DNA of 64,000 nt from the NCBI GenBank assembly GCA_044229975.1, contig JBGARZ010000002.1:320001-384000 (forward strand). The letters are read 5' to 3'. The notes beneath the pieces were generated by a model. The model worked only from the letters and a program-made list of their open reading frames with translations. It was not told the DNA's origin and ran no database searches. This stretch comes from Polyangiales bacterium (GTDB lineage: Bacteria; Myxococcota_A; Polyangia; Polyangiales; Ga0077539). Below are positions 9,521-19,737 of the stretch, one piece after another (the stretch's first letter is position 1; each line of letters opens with the position of its first letter). The translations under genes and the position numbers were made by a program.

Positions 9521-10276
9521 TCAGCGATCGTCGCCCGGCGGCAAGGCGGTCAAGTTTCCCGTCGGGTCGGCCGCGAGTCGTCGCAGCGCCTCACCCGCCG
9601 CCGCCTGCTCCGCGCGCTTCTTGCTGGTCCCGACGCCGCGGGTTCGCAGGTGGGGGTCGGCGATCATCTCGACCTCCCAGGTGCGATGGTGGTCGGGCCC
9701 CTCGGCGCTCACCACCTCGTAGCGCGGCGTGATGGCGAGGCGCGCCTGCACGACCTCCTGGAGCCGCGTCTTGTCGTCGAGGTCGGGCGTCGCGCGGGTG
9801 AGCGCAGTGTCGATCTCGGGTGTGAGCAGCCGGTCGACCACCACGCGCGCCGCGTCGAGGCCGCCGTCGAGGTACACCGCCGCGAGCGTCGCCTCCAGCG
9901 CGTCGGCGAGCAGCGACGGCTTGGCCCGACCGCCCGTCTGCGCCTCGCCGCGACCGAGCTGGAGCGCGTCACCGATGCCCAGTCGTGTGCTGAGACGGGC
10001 GAGCGTCGCCTCGTTGACCACGGCGGCCCGCAGCCGGGTGAGGTCGCCCTCGCGCGCTTCGGGCAGACGTCGCCAGAGCAGCTCGCTCACGCAGAGCGAA
10101 AGCACGGCGTCGCCCAGAAACTCCAGGCGCTCGTTGTCGGCCGGACGCGCGCCGCGACGGGCCGCGCGCACCTCGTGGGCAGACGATCGGTGGGTCATCG
10201 CCATCTCCAGCAGCGACGGGTCGCGCAGCGTGATGCCGAGGGCAGATTGGAGGGCGGTGAGGAGTTCCTTGTCCAC
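9521..10276 (-). CDS. rnc: Ribonuclease III
   Basis: [24 protein letters not shown]-terminal dsRBD (KTRLQE...GPDH...[10 protein letters not shown]); GTG start at 10276 inferred. Confidence 0.96.
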   Translation of the reverse strand: MDKELLTALQSALGITLRDPSLLEMAMTHRSSAHEVRAARRGARPADNERLEFLGDAVLSLCVSELLWRRLPEAREGDLTRLRAAVVNEATLARLSTRLGIGDALQLGRGEAQTGGRAKPSLLADALEATLAAVYLDGGLDAARVVVDRLLTPEIDTALTRATPDLDDKTRLQEVVQARLAITPRYEVVSAEGPDHHRTWEVEMIADPHLRTRGVGTSKKRAEQAAAGEALRRLAADPTGNLTALPPGDDR

Positions 10277-10376
10277 GGGGGTCTCGGCCTCTACCACCGG
10301 CGGGGGCGCGGGTTCCAGTCCCCTCCCTTCGAGCGGTTCGCTGTGCCGCGTCGCGGTGGTAAAGGGTGGAGCCGAG

Positions 10377-11450
10377 ATGTTGCCGCTCGTCCTCACGCTC
10401 GCCGCGGTCACCGTGTTCGCGCTGGGGGTCCTCCTCTGGCTGTCGGTCTCGTCGCGGGTCCTCCGCCGGGGCTTCGCCTTCGACGCCGTCGAGACCGTCG
10501 CCACACCCGATGGCGCCCACATCGTGCTTGGGCACCTGCTCCCGCGTGGCACCCCGTCGGCGCTGCCGCCCATCGTGCTCTGCCACGGCCTCGCGATGAA
10601 CCGCCACGCCTTCGCCCTCGACCCCGACCGCTCCCTCGCCGCGCACCTCGCCTCGCTCGGCCGCGACGTCTGGGTGCTCGAACTCCGCGGCGCCCACCCC
10701 GACACCCGCAGCGCTGCCACGCGCTTCAGCACCTTCGACACCTACGTCGAGGTCGACGTCCCGACGGCCATCACCGAGGTCTGCGCCCGCACCGGCGCCT
10801 CCACCGTCGACTGGATCGGCTTCAGCATGGGCGGCATGCTCGCCTACGCCTACCTTGGCGCGTGCCGCGGCGACCGCGTGCGCCGACTGGTCACCATCGG
10901 CTCGCCCGCGCGCTTCGCGGCCCATCCCCATGGGCGCCAGCTCATCCCGCCGCGGCCCATCGTGGCGCTCGCGGGCAAGCTCCGGTACACGCCCTTCCGC
11001 TCGCTCGCGCTGCTCGTCGCGCCGCTCATGCTCAAGCGCGCGCCCTACCGCCTCACCCGCGCCGTGCGCCCCTGGAACTACAGCACCCCGATGCTCCGCT
11101 CGGTCATGGCCAGCAGCTTCGGTGACGTTCCGACCGGGGTCACGATGCAGTTCATCCGTTGGATCAACCAGGGCAGCTTCGACAGCAACGACGGCCGCCG
11201 CGACTACGACGCCGGGCTCCGCGAGCTCAGCGTCCCGATGCGGGTCATCGTGGGCTCGCGCGACCGCCTCGCGCCGCCGCCCGTCGCCCGCCACGCCTTC
11301 GACGTCAGCGGATCCCCCGAGAAGGACTTCCAGGAGGTCGGCCGCGCCACCGGCGCCGGGCGCGAGTACGACCACCTCGATCTCGTGCTGGGCGCCGATG
11401 CGCCCGACGAGGTGTTTCCGCTCGTGGTCGACTGGCTCTCGCGCGAGTGA
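10377..11450 (+). CDS. Membrane-anchored alpha/beta hydrolase (lipase/esterase-like)
   Basis: N-terminal TM, LCHGL, GFSMGG nucleophile elbow, D and YDHLDL His; ATG 10377 after GGAG. Confidence 0.88.
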   Translation: MLPLVLTLAAVTVFALGVLLWLSVSSRVLRRGFAFDAVETVATPDGAHIVLGHLLPRGTPSALPPIVLCHGLAMNRHAFALDPDRSLAAHLASLGRDVWVLELRGAHPDTRSAATRFSTFDTYVEVDVPTAITEVCARTGASTVDWIGFSMGGMLAYAYLGACRGDRVRRLVTIGSPARFAAHPHGRQLIPPRPIVALAGKLRYTPFRSLALLVAPLMLKRAPYRLTRAVRPWNYSTPMLRSVMASSFGDVPTGVTMQFIRWINQGSFDSNDGRRDYDAGLRELSVPMRVIVGSRDRLAPPPVARHAFDVSGSPEKDFQEVGRATGAGREYDHLDLVLGADAPDEVFPLVVDWLSRE

Positions 11451-13025
11451 TCAGCGCGGCACGGCGAGCACGTAGACCACGAACACCGAGTTGGGCGGCG
11501 AGTCGGGGCGGTCGCCCTGCGCCACGCCCACGCCAACGAAGCGCGACGCGGCGTCGAGCAGCGGCTCCAGTCGCTCGGCGCCGTCGATGCGCGGGCCAAA
11601 CGCCGCCGCCACGCTGATGCGCCGGTAGAGCAGGCCCTCGCGCTGCATCCGTCCGCTCGCATCCTGAAGCGCCTGCTGCTGCGTGCGCGACGGGTCGCGG
11701 AAGAAGCCGGTCGCCGCTTCGAGGGCCGCCGTCGTGAGGTTGGGACGCTCCTCCAGCACGGCGAGGCCGCGACCCTGGCGAGCGAGGTTGACGGCGCGCA
11801 ACAACGACCGGGCGGCCGCGGCCGCGTCGATGGACGTCGCGACGGCGATGAAGTCCTGGGTGACGAGGAGCCCGTTGCCCGTCGGGTCGCGCACCACGCC
11901 GATGCCAACGTGGGTGACCTCGGCGTTGAGCAGGTTGGCGCGGTGCCCGGGGCTCGCCATGAGCCCGTCGAAGATCTCCCTCGGACCGTATCCGCGCGCG
12001 ACGTTTTCCAACGTCAGCCCGCTGCGGAGACCGGCGCGTTGCAGACGATCGGAGGTGGTCCCCTGCGTGGGCGAGTTGTGCGCGACGAAGCGGTGCTCGG
12101 CCATGTCCTGGCAGTGCGCGCGGGCCACCTCGGTGAGCGCCGGGAGCGTTGCGAGCGGGCGAAGGCTCGCGTGCGTGCGCGCGTCGTTGAGGAGGCGCAG
12201 CAGCTCGGCCTCGACCTCTTCGGGAGCACCCACCACCTCCGCAGCGCCATCTTCAGGCGACGCCGGCGCGGCCGTGTCGACGTACACCGGGAAGTTGGCG
12301 AGCACGGTGTTTCCTTCGGGCCCGACGGCTTCGAGCTCCACCTGCCACACACCGCGCGCGTCGAGCGCAACCCTCCCCAGGAACTCCGGACCATCGCCCA
12401 ACGGGATGTCTTCGACCCGACCGTCGGGGTGCGCGAGCGAGAGCGTCGGCGTGCGCAACCCGGCCTCGATGGCGCCTTCCAACACGAGGCGATCACCGAC
12501 GGCGAACTGGCGCGCGACGGCCCCGAGACGCAGCCGCCGCCGCGAGAGCGCGACGACCATCCAGCGCTCGCCGCCGCGCTCGACCTCGGCGACGCCGAGG
12601 TGCGTCGGGTGATCTTGCGAGGCGATCTCCCGCAGGCCCGCGGCGGTCTCGTCGCTGAGCGGACCATCACCGCCACGGCGCACCGTCACGATGGTCGGGA
12701 TCGGGTCGGTGAGCCCGACCTGCCACGAGAGCCCCTGCACCAGCCGCGCGCTCGGTGGGCGGTGCGACGGATCGTTGGCCACCCGCTGCGCGATCGATCG
12801 TGCGGTCTCGGTGAGCGCCGGATCGATGGCGAGCGAGGCGCCCGACGGACCGAGCGCCGCGCGCGCCACGTCGGCGAGCTGTCGGGTCGGAGCGGGAGCT
12901 TCCCACGCGGACGACTGGACGTAGCGGGAGACGGCGACGGCGGTTGTGCCGCGGGTCTGCGACGGCGGCGAGCACGCGACGGCGCACGCCACCAAGGCCG
13001 CGAGGGTCGCCCGCCGGCGGGTCAT
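11451..13025 (-). CDS. CAP (SCP/Tpx-1/Ag5/PR-1) domain lipoprotein
   Basis: Signal with AVAC lipobox; LNDAR...ARAHCQDMA...AHNS...ENVA...[11 protein letters not shown]...VGIGV; ATGA overlap with upstream acetyltransferase. Confidence 0.85.
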   Translation of the reverse strand: MTRRRATLAALVACAVACSPPSQTRGTTAVAVSRYVQSSAWEAPAPTRQLADVARAALGPSGASLAIDPALTETARSIAQRVANDPSHRPPSARLVQGLSWQVGLTDPIPTIVTVRRGGDGPLSDETAAGLREIASQDHPTHLGVAEVERGGERWMVVALSRRRLRLGAVARQFAVGDRLVLEGAIEAGLRTPTLSLAHPDGRVEDIPLGDGPEFLGRVALDARGVWQVELEAVGPEGNTVLANFPVYVDTAAPASPEDGAAEVVGAPEEVEAELLRLLNDARTHASLRPLATLPALTEVARAHCQDMAEHRFVAHNSPTQGTTSDRLQRAGLRSGLTLENVARGYGPREIFDGLMASPGHRANLLNAEVTHVGIGVVRDPTGNGLLVTQDFIAVATSIDAAAAARSLLRAVNLARQGRGLAVLEERPNLTTAALEAATGFFRDPSRTQQQALQDASGRMQREGLLYRRISVAAAFGPRIDGAERLEPLLDAASRFVGVGVAQGDRPDSPPNSVFVVYVLAVPR

Positions 13026-13606
13026 GGCGCGGCGGACTGCTCGGCCAGGCCGTCGCCGTCGCGGGCGAAGGTGCGCGAGCACGCCTTGCACTTGAGCGTG
13101 GTGTCGAGGCGCTCGCCGCAGCGGCACATCCAGCCCATGAAGCGCGCCGGCACGCCGCCCACCATCGCGAACGGGGGAACGTGGCGGGTCACGACCGCGC
13201 CCGCCGCGATGAAGGCGCCTTCGCCGATGTCGTGGCCGCACACGATGGTGGCGTTGGCGCCGATGCTGGCGCCGCGGCCGACGCGCGTCTCGCGGTACTC
13301 GTCCTTGCGCGGAAACGCCGACCGCGGGTTGAGCACGTTGGTGAACACCGCGCTCGGGCCCACGAAGACGTCGTCCGACAGGTGGACGCCGTCGTAGAGC
13401 GAGACGTTGTTCTGGATGCGGACGTTGTCGCCGACGGTGACGCGGCTTCCGACGTAGCAGTTCTGTCCGAAGGAGCTGCGCTTGCCGATGCGCGCGCCCG
13501 GGCTGATGTGACAGAAGTGCCAGACCTTGGTGCCCTCGCCGAGGGTCGCGCCCTCGTCGACGATGGCGCTCGGGTGGACGTAGAACGACGCGGTGGTTTC
13601 GGCCAT
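13022..13606 (-). CDS. WbpD-like hexapeptide N-acetyltransferase
   Basis: [45 protein letters not shown]-terminal CxC...CxxC. Confidence 0.9.
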   Translation of the reverse strand: MAETTASFYVHPSAIVDEGATLGEGTKVWHFCHISPGARIGKRSSFGQNCYVGSRVTVGDNVRIQNNVSLYDGVHLSDDVFVGPSAVFTNVLNPRSAFPRKDEYRETRVGRGASIGANATIVCGHDIGEGAFIAAGAVVTRHVPPFAMVGGVPARFMGWMCRCGERLDTTLKCKACSRTFARDGDGLAEQSAAP

Positions 13607-13644
13607 GGCGGTGATCCTGGTGGGCGGTGACGGGGGAGCGGACG

Positions 13645-14658
13645 TTACAGGATGATGGGGGCGCCGCCGCGGCGGAGCGATGCCTCGGCGGCCGCGAGCG
13701 CTTCGACGACGCGACACGCCTCGGGGCCGCCGGTGCGCGGGGCCTTGCGGTCGCGCACACACTCGATGAAGTGACGCACCTCCAGCCGGAGCGGCTCCTC
13801 CATCGGGACGCTCGGAATCAGGATGTCTCCGTCGCGCAGCGTGAGAAACGCGTCGTACGTCTGGTACTCCTGCGGCCGGTCGAAGCCCTTGTCGTGGATG
13901 CGGATCTTCTCCGTCGGATGCCCGTCGTCGAACACCAGCATCTTCTTGGAGCCGACCACCGTGAGCGAGCGGTTCTTGTGCGGGTCGAGCCAGGAGAGCT
14001 GCACGTTGGCCATCACCCCCGACTTGAAGGCCACGTTGACGAAGACGACGTCCTCGGTGCCCGGCCGGAGGTACGCGTGGCCGCGCGCGGCGACGGAGGT
14101 CATCGGCTCGTTGATGAGCTCGAAGATCATCGAGAAGTCATGCGGCCCAAGCGACCACAGGGCGTTCTCGTCGGTGCGGATCTTCCCGAGGTTGACCCGC
14201 TGCGCGTAGATGTAGAGCACGTCGCCGAGCGCGCCCGAGCGCACGATGTCCACGACCCGCTGAAACGCCGGGTGATAGACCATCAGGTGGCCGCACATCA
14301 GCACGCGCCCGAGCCGCGCGGCGTCGTCGGTGACCGCGCGGGCATCCGCGATGTTCTGCGCCAGGGGCTTCTCGACGAAGACGTCCTTGCCCGCGGCGAG
14401 CGCCTCGCGGGCGAGCTTCGCGTGCGACGAGCCGGGCGTGGCGAGCACCACCGCGTCGACGTCCGTCATCGCCAGCAGCTCTTCCCACGACCCCGTGATG
14501 CGGGCCTGCGGATACTCGCGCTTGAGCCGCGCCTGAACCTTCTCGTCGGCGTCACACACCGCGGCGAGCTCGGCGCCCTCGGCGGTGGCGAAGTTGCGAA
14601 CGAGGTTCTTGCCCCAGTAGCCGGCGCCGACGCAGCCGATGCGAACCTTGCCGCTCAC
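13645..14658 (-). CDS. Gfo/Idh/MocA oxidoreductase (WbpB-like sugar-nucleotide dehydrogenase)
   Basis: GAGYWG Rossmann motif, [18 protein letters not shown] overlap with upstream gene. Confidence 0.9.
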   Translation of the reverse strand: MSGKVRIGCVGAGYWGKNLVRNFATAEGAELAAVCDADEKVQARLKREYPQARITGSWEELLAMTDVDAVVLATPGSSHAKLAREALAAGKDVFVEKPLAQNIADARAVTDDAARLGRVLMCGHLMVYHPAFQRVVDIVRSGALGDVLYIYAQRVNLGKIRTDENALWSLGPHDFSMIFELINEPMTSVAARGHAYLRPGTEDVVFVNVAFKSGVMANVQLSWLDPHKNRSLTVVGSKKMLVFDDGHPTEKIRIHDKGFDRPQEYQTYDAFLTLRDGDILIPSVPMEEPLRLEVRHFIECVRDRKAPRTGGPEACRVVEALAAAEASLRRGGAPIIL

Positions 14659-15779
14659 GAGGCGCCGCCTTCCACCGCGCGAACCGCGTCGCGCACGGCG
14701 TGGCAGACCGTCTCGATCTCGGGCAGCTCCAGCTCGCTGTGCACCGGGATGGAGAGCACCTCGTTGCACGCGCGCTCGGACAGCGGGAAGTCGCCGGGCT
14801 TGTGGCCGAGCGAGGCGAACACCTTCTGATACGGCATCGGCATCGGGTAGTAGACCTCGCTGCCCACGCCCTTCGCGCGCAGCGCCGCCGAGATGGCGTC
14901 GCGCTTCGGGTGGCGGATGGTGAACTGCGCGTAGACGTGCCGACCCTCCGCGTCGTCGGTCGGGAGCACGAGCTGAGACGAGACGTCCTTGAGGGCCGCG
15001 CGCAGGCGGTCGGCGTGGTCGCGGCGCTTCGCGATGCGGGCCTCGTAGTGCGGGAGCTTGGCGCGCAGGATGGCAGCCTGGAGCGGGTCGAGGCGGAAGT
15101 TGCCGCCCGGGAGGTCGTGGACGTTCTTGGCGGTGGCGCCGGTGACGCGGACCTTCTTCATAAGGTCGGCGAGGGCGGGGTCGTCGGTGACGCACGCGCC
15201 GCCGTCGCCCGCGCAGCCGAGGGGCTTGGCGGGGAAGAAGCTGAAGCACCCGATGACGCCGAGGCCGCCCGTGCGACGACCGTGGCGCTCGCCGCCCGCG
15301 GCCTGGGCGACGTCCTCGACGAGGTGGATGCGGCGGTCGCGCGCGAGCGCACCGAGGGCCACGGTGTCGGCGACGCGGCCGAAGAGGTGCACCGCGAGGA
15401 TGGCGCGGGTCTTCGGGGTGATGCGCTCGGCGACGCGGGCCGGGTCGAGGTTGAAGGTCGCAAGGTCGATGTCGGCGAAGACCGGCGTGGCGCCGACGCG
15501 GTGGATGGCGCTGGCCGTGGCGAGGTAGCTGAAGGCCGTGGTGATGACCTCGTCGCCGGGGCCGATGCCGAGGGCCTGGAGCGCCACGACGATGGCGTCC
15601 GAGCCGTTGGACACGCCCACCGACGCGGAGGCGCCGCAGTAGGCGGCGAACTCGTTCTGGAAGGCCTCGACCTCCGCGCCGAGGATGTAGCCCCCGGAGC
15701 GCAGCACGCGGAGCGCAGCCTCCTCGATGAGACCCTGGTGTTGACGGTGTTCGCGGGCGGGGTCGGCGAGGTTGATCAC
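14655..15779 (-). CDS. DegT/DnrJ/EryC1/StrS aminotransferase (WbpE-like)
   Basis: SGGYILG, EDVAQA, FSFFPAKPLG (PLP Lys), NFRLDPLQAA; GTG start after GAGGAGG inferred. Confidence 0.92.
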   Translation of the reverse strand: MINLADPAREHRQHQGLIEEAALRVLRSGGYILGAEVEAFQNEFAAYCGASASVGVSNGSDAIVVALQALGIGPGDEVITTAFSYLATASAIHRVGATPVFADIDLATFNLDPARVAERITPKTRAILAVHLFGRVADTVALGALARDRRIHLVEDVAQAAGGERHGRRTGGLGVIGCFSFFPAKPLGCAGDGGACVTDDPALADLMKKVRVTGATAKNVHDLPGGNFRLDPLQAAILRAKLPHYEARIAKRRDHADRLRAALKDVSSQLVLPTDDAEGRHVYAQFTIRHPKRDAISAALRAKGVGSEVYYPMPMPYQKVFASLGHKPGDFPLSERACNEVLSIPVHSELELPEIETVCHAVRDAVRAVEGGAS

Positions 15780-15909
15780 GGTGACGATGGCCTCCTCAAA
15801 AGGACTGTGCGGCGGCGCGTCTACCATGGAAGCGATCGCCCTGTGAAACCCCTCTTGCGGGAGAGCGTTGGCGACCGCTGGCAGGGCTCTTGAAACGCGT
15901 ACACTCGCC

Positions 15910-16791
15910 ATGCCCACGATGAACGCCACCCGCGCGCCCAACCTTGCGGACGAGACCCTGGCCGAGCACTGGACCCGGCAGGTGAAGACCAACCTCCTGC
16001 GCGGCGCTCGGCTCGCTTCATGGGTCGCCCAGCCCGCGAACTTTCCGTCGCCCGCACATGCACCACCAGGTGCCCGGCTCGGGGTCGTCATCGCGGAGGA
16101 GCGCGTCTCGCTGCGCCGCACCGATGCGTCCGCCGAGCCACTGTTCGAGGAGGGCAAGCGCATCAACCTCGCGCTCGCAGCGCCCGCCTTCGAGGCTCTG
16201 CTCCTCGGCCCCGACCGGCCGCTGTCCTTCTGGCGCACGCTCGGCCGCGTCACCGAATCCCGCGGCTACCGCCACGGCATGGAACTCCGTGGCGGCTGCA
16301 TCCTCCCCGCCATCGGCGGCGGTCTGTGTCTGCTCTCCAACGCCCTCTTCGCCCTCGCCGCCCGCGCAGGCTTTCGCATCATCGAGCGCCACGGCCACTC
16401 GCTCGAAGCCGTCCCACCCACTGAGGGCGCGCTGTGGGGCATCGATGCGACGGTGTTCTGGCCGTACGTCGACCTCCGCTTCGCGCCCGATCGTCCGGTC
16501 GCATTGTCGGTGCGCGTCGACGCCGATGCCCTCGTCGTGCGTGCCCTCGCCGCCGAAGTGAGCTCCGACCGATTCGAGCTGATCTCCCTCGACGAGCACA
16601 TCGAGTATCACGCGACGGGTCCCCTTCGCATCAACCGTGTCGGTCGTCGGCGCGTGGGGACGACCGCGGTCGAGGTCATCGCCCACAACCGTCGACGGGT
16701 GCTCGACACCTCCGAGCAGCGCCGGAGCTGCCTCACCTGCGACGAGACCGACTGCCACTCGCACGTCACTCCCCCGGCGGTGGTGCGGTGA
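15910..16791 (+). CDS. VanW family protein with C-terminal Cys cluster
   Basis: KRINL, SFWRTLG, GGGLCLLSNALF, ERHGHS, DATVFWPYVDLRF; tail CLTCDETDCH. Confidence 0.88.
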   Translation: MPTMNATRAPNLADETLAEHWTRQVKTNLLRGARLASWVAQPANFPSPAHAPPGARLGVVIAEERVSLRRTDASAEPLFEEGKRINLALAAPAFEALLLGPDRPLSFWRTLGRVTESRGYRHGMELRGGCILPAIGGGLCLLSNALFALAARAGFRIIERHGHSLEAVPPTEGALWGIDATVFWPYVDLRFAPDRPVALSVRVDADALVVRALAAEVSSDRFELISLDEHIEYHATGPLRINRVGRRRVGTTAVEVIAHNRRRVLDTSEQRRSCLTCDETDCHSHVTPPAVVR

Positions 16792-17945
16792 TCGCCGTCG
16801 TCGCCCCGGAGCCGGCGCCCTGGCTTGCCCCGGTGGTCGAGGCCGCGCTGCTCGCGGGTCGCGTCACCATCTTCGCGCCCTGGGCGTTGCCCTCCGCCCT
16901 CGCCCGTCTCGCGCCGTCACGCTTCGCCTCCGGCCTCCAGCGCCGGACGCTCACGCTCGCTCCGTTTCAACCGACGCACGGGTGGTTCGCCGTCGAGGCC
17001 CTCGCCCGCCTCTGGAGCCGCGATCGCACCGACCGCGCGATGCTCGCCCGCTTCGCGCTACGGCGCATGGTGGGTGAGCTCGCCGCCCGCTGGCTCCCGT
17101 CCGACTGTGACGCGGTGATCGCTCCGTCGCTCACCGCCCGCCACACCTTCGCGACCGCTGCGCGGCGCAATGTGGCGACGCTGCTGGTGGAGGACGTTCC
17201 GACGTTGCGGGCGCTGCACGCCGACCTCGACGCGGCCGCGGTGCGGCACCCGGATGCCCTTTTTCTCAAGCGCTTTCGAGCGTCACCCGCTGTGATCGCA
17301 GAGCAGGAGGCCGAGCGTGTGCTCGCCCGCCATGTGCTGGTGCGCGGGCATCACGCACGAGACCTGCTCGGTGATCGCGGGACCGACGGCGTGCTCGATC
17401 TGCCGGGCTCCGTTGGCGCTCGCATCATCGCGGCGCGCGATGGTGGACCGAAGCGCGTCCTGCTCGCGGGTCTCGCGGCCGCGCGTCACGGAACCTTCGA
17501 GGCACTCGACGCCCTTCGCGAGCTGCCCGTCGAGCTGCTGGTGCGCGCCGGGGAAGGCAACGAGCCCCGCGACCTGTTGAGTCGTCCGCGGGTGCGCTCA
17601 TCGACGCGCGAGGAGCGAGAGACGCTGGCGGGCGTGGACGTCGTCATCGCGCCGTCGTGGTGCGAGAGCCACGCGCCCGAGGTTGCGCTCGCGGCGGCCA
17701 TGGGGGTTCCGGTGGTGGCGACGCGGCGTGGTGCGGGGCTCGTCGACCTCGGTCGCGCGGGCGTTGAAGTGGCGCCTGGAGACGCGGCGGCGCTTGCGGC
17801 TGCCATCGAGCGGGCGCTCGTGATGACGGTCGAGCCCGCGACGAACAACCGGGCCGCTCAGGCGCTGACCGAGCGACTCCAGACGATACTGCGGCGGGGT
17901 GCACCGGCGCCCAAGCGGGTCGTGCGGCTGCCCGTCATCGCCTGA
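16788..17945 (+). CDS. GT-B glycosyltransferase (GT4-like), divergent
   Basis: DVVIAPSWCESHAPEVALAAAMGVPVVAT and VAPGDAAALAAAI C-terminal motifs; GTGA overlap with VanW gene. Confidence 0.72.
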   Translation: MIAVVAPEPAPWLAPVVEAALLAGRVTIFAPWALPSALARLAPSRFASGLQRRTLTLAPFQPTHGWFAVEALARLWSRDRTDRAMLARFALRRMVGELAARWLPSDCDAVIAPSLTARHTFATAARRNVATLLVEDVPTLRALHADLDAAAVRHPDALFLKRFRASPAVIAEQEAERVLARHVLVRGHHARDLLGDRGTDGVLDLPGSVGARIIAARDGGPKRVLLAGLAAARHGTFEALDALRELPVELLVRAGEGNEPRDLLSRPRVRSSTREERETLAGVDVVIAPSWCESHAPEVALAAAMGVPVVATRRGAGLVDLGRAGVEVAPGDAAALAAAIERALVMTVEPATNNRAAQALTERLQTILRRGAPAPKRVVRLPVIA

Positions 17946-18201
17946 GCGGGCCCGCGTCGTCGCGGAGGCCTCCGTCGAAGCCCGACATCACCGAGGGGAT
18001 CACCTCGCGGCGGATCTTGGTCGCGACCTGATCGCTCGCGGAGCGGATGTCGTGGCCGAGTTCGTGGGCTTCGGGCGTTCCGAGGATGCGGCGGGTGTGC
18101 TCCCAGAGGGTTCGCGTGCCGCCGATGGGCACGAAGAAATACGCGTAGAGCACGATGAGGGTGAGGAGGCTCGATACGATCCAGCGGCCCGCGCGGAACA
18201 T
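17935..18201 (-). CDS. Small membrane-anchored hypothetical protein
   Basis: MFRAGRWIVSSLLTLIVLYAYFFVPIGGTRTLWEH; GAGGG-like RBS region; host codon usage. Confidence 0.7.
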   Translation of the reverse strand: MFRAGRWIVSSLLTLIVLYAYFFVPIGGTRTLWEHTRRILGTPEAHELGHDIRSASDQVATKIRREVIPSVMSGFDGGLRDDAGPLRR

Positions 18202-18316
18202 TCGTCCGCGAGAGGGGAGCGCGCGGACCCGATGGGCGCAAGTATCCGGCGCGCTTGACACCCCCGCGGGCCCGGTGATGGTCTGCCGCGCCTTCGAGCC
18301 CAGAGAGAAAACCCAC

Positions 18317-18793
18317 ATGGCCCAACGTCCCGCCCGCAAAGATCCCCGTCACCCCGCTCCTCCCGCCGCCGCCAACACCGGGCGCCCCGGACCCAACGAC
18401 CCCAAGGGCTATCGCGGCCCCGGCTTTCAGGACGCGCCGACCTGGGACTACAAGATCGACTACGCGGGCCTCCCCAAGGACGAAGAGGAAGACCTCGCCG
18501 CCGCTCCACCTCCGACGACCAACACGCTCCCGAGCGCGGTGCTTACCTCACACGAGGCGCACAACCGCGGCGGTCGCTCGCCGCGCGGCATGGGCGGCCG
18601 ACGCCACGACCGCAACGGGACGGACCCCAACGCCTATCGCAGCCCCGGCTTCAGCGAGCAGCGCGACGCCCGCTTCCGCGGACACCCGATGACCCGCGGG
18701 GACATCGGCGCTCCCCCTGCGAGCGACGCACCCGACGAAGCCGCTGCCGCGCCCGAAGAGACCGTCGCCGCCCCCGTCCGCTCCGAGGACTGA
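18317..18793 (+). CDS. Hypothetical low-complexity/disordered protein
   Basis: ATG after AGAGAGAAA; strong GC3 codon bias; TTGACA at 18255-18260 upstream. Confidence 0.75.
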   Translation: MAQRPARKDPRHPAPPAAANTGRPGPNDPKGYRGPGFQDAPTWDYKIDYAGLPKDEEEDLAAAPPPTTNTLPSAVLTSHEAHNRGGRSPRGMGGRRHDRNGTDPNAYRSPGFSEQRDARFRGHPMTRGDIGAPPASDAPDEAAAAPEETVAAPVRSED

Positions 18794-18849
18794 GCGTGAG
18801 GTGATCGACGACGAGGGGTGTGATCGTCGGCGTGATACAACCGCCACCT

Positions 18850-19719
18850 GTGCCGAGCGCTCGCCGCCATCTGCTCCCAGCGCTCATCTCCGCAGCCCTC
18901 GCCGCCTGTGCGACGGCGAGGGAGGAGCCCGACGACGCATCGTTCCCCGTCGACTCGATCGACGTCCCTGACGTGGCGGAGGTTGCGATCGACGCTGCAG
19001 CGCCGGTCGACGTGACCGTCTCCGCGGACGTCGGCGTCGACGCTCCCGCGCCGATGGACGTGCCCGTGCCAATGGACGTCCCCGCGCCGATCGACGTCCC
19101 CGCGCCGATCGACCTGCCGACGGTGCGCGACGTCCCAGCCGACGCGGGACCGGTGGACACCGGTGCGGCCGACATCGTCGACGTCGGCACCCCCGACGGG
19201 ACCGCGGGCGCGTGCCCCGTCTCGCTCGCGATCGGCAACTTCGACAGCGGCAGCGACGGCTGGGTGTTCGACGCCTTCTGGCGCCCAAGCGCGGGCGCCA
19301 TGGCGGGTGGCTCCACCACCCGTTACCTGTCCATGTACACGGCGAACCTTACGAGCGGCGTCGACGCCGATCTCTCCGGGTGCGGCGCGGCGACCCTCAC
19401 GTTCACGGTGCGCCTCGACGACAACCCTTCGTCCGACGCGATCGACGGCTCCGAGCGCCTCACGCCGCAGTGCTCGAACGACGGCCTGGGGTGGATCGAC
19501 CTGACCCCCAACCCCTGGCCCGCGAACCAGGTGTCGTGCGTGAACAGCTACTGCTCCGGCGGGCGCACTTCGCGCGCGTTCGCGGCCACCGCGCAGTCCA
19601 TCGTGCTCCCGGCGACGTGCCGCGCGCGGACCACCCGCATCCGCTTCCGCGCCCGCGGCGCTGGCGCGTTGCGGCTCCGCGACCCCGGCTGGATCGTCGA
19701 CTCCGTGCGCATCAACTGA
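18850..19719 (+). CDS. Putative lipoprotein with Asp/Pro repeat linker and Cys-containing beta-rich C-terminal domain
   Basis: LAAC lipobox; DVPAP repeats; start uncertain (18820 or 18850). Confidence 0.72.
   Translation: MPSARRHLLPALISAALAACATAREEPDDASFPVDSIDVPDVAEVAIDAAAPVDVTVSADVGVDAPAPMDVPVPMDVPAPIDVPAPIDLPTVRDVPADAGPVDTGAADIVDVGTPDGTAGACPVSLAIGNFDSGSDGWVFDAFWRPSAGAMAGGSTTRYLSMYTANLTSGVDADLSGCGAATLTFTVRLDDNPSSDAIDGSERLTPQCSNDGLGWIDLTPNPWPANQVSCVNSYCSGGRTSRAFAATAQSIVLPATCRARTTRIRFRARGAGALRLRDPGWIVDSVRIN
19045..19116 (+). repeat. Four tandem 18-bp units within the lipoprotein linker
   Basis: cccgcgccgatggacgtg / cccgtgccaatggacgtc / cccgcgccgatcgacgtc / cccgcgccgatcgacctg. Confidence 0.9.
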
Positions 19720-19737
19720 CCCCGTGGGTGTCGCGCG

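Noticed and set aside
13022..13140. C-terminal Cys cluster on the acetyltransferase as a novelty
   Set aside because: A CxC...CxxC tail is usual in WbpD-type acetyltransferases
11451..16253. Apparent long N-terminal extensions or fusions in the ORF track (11451-13760, 13645-15249, 14655-16253; likewise 42852-45149, 60758-62332)
   Set aside because: Artefacts of taking the most upstream start; real starts sit at ATGA/GTGA overlaps or RBS sites
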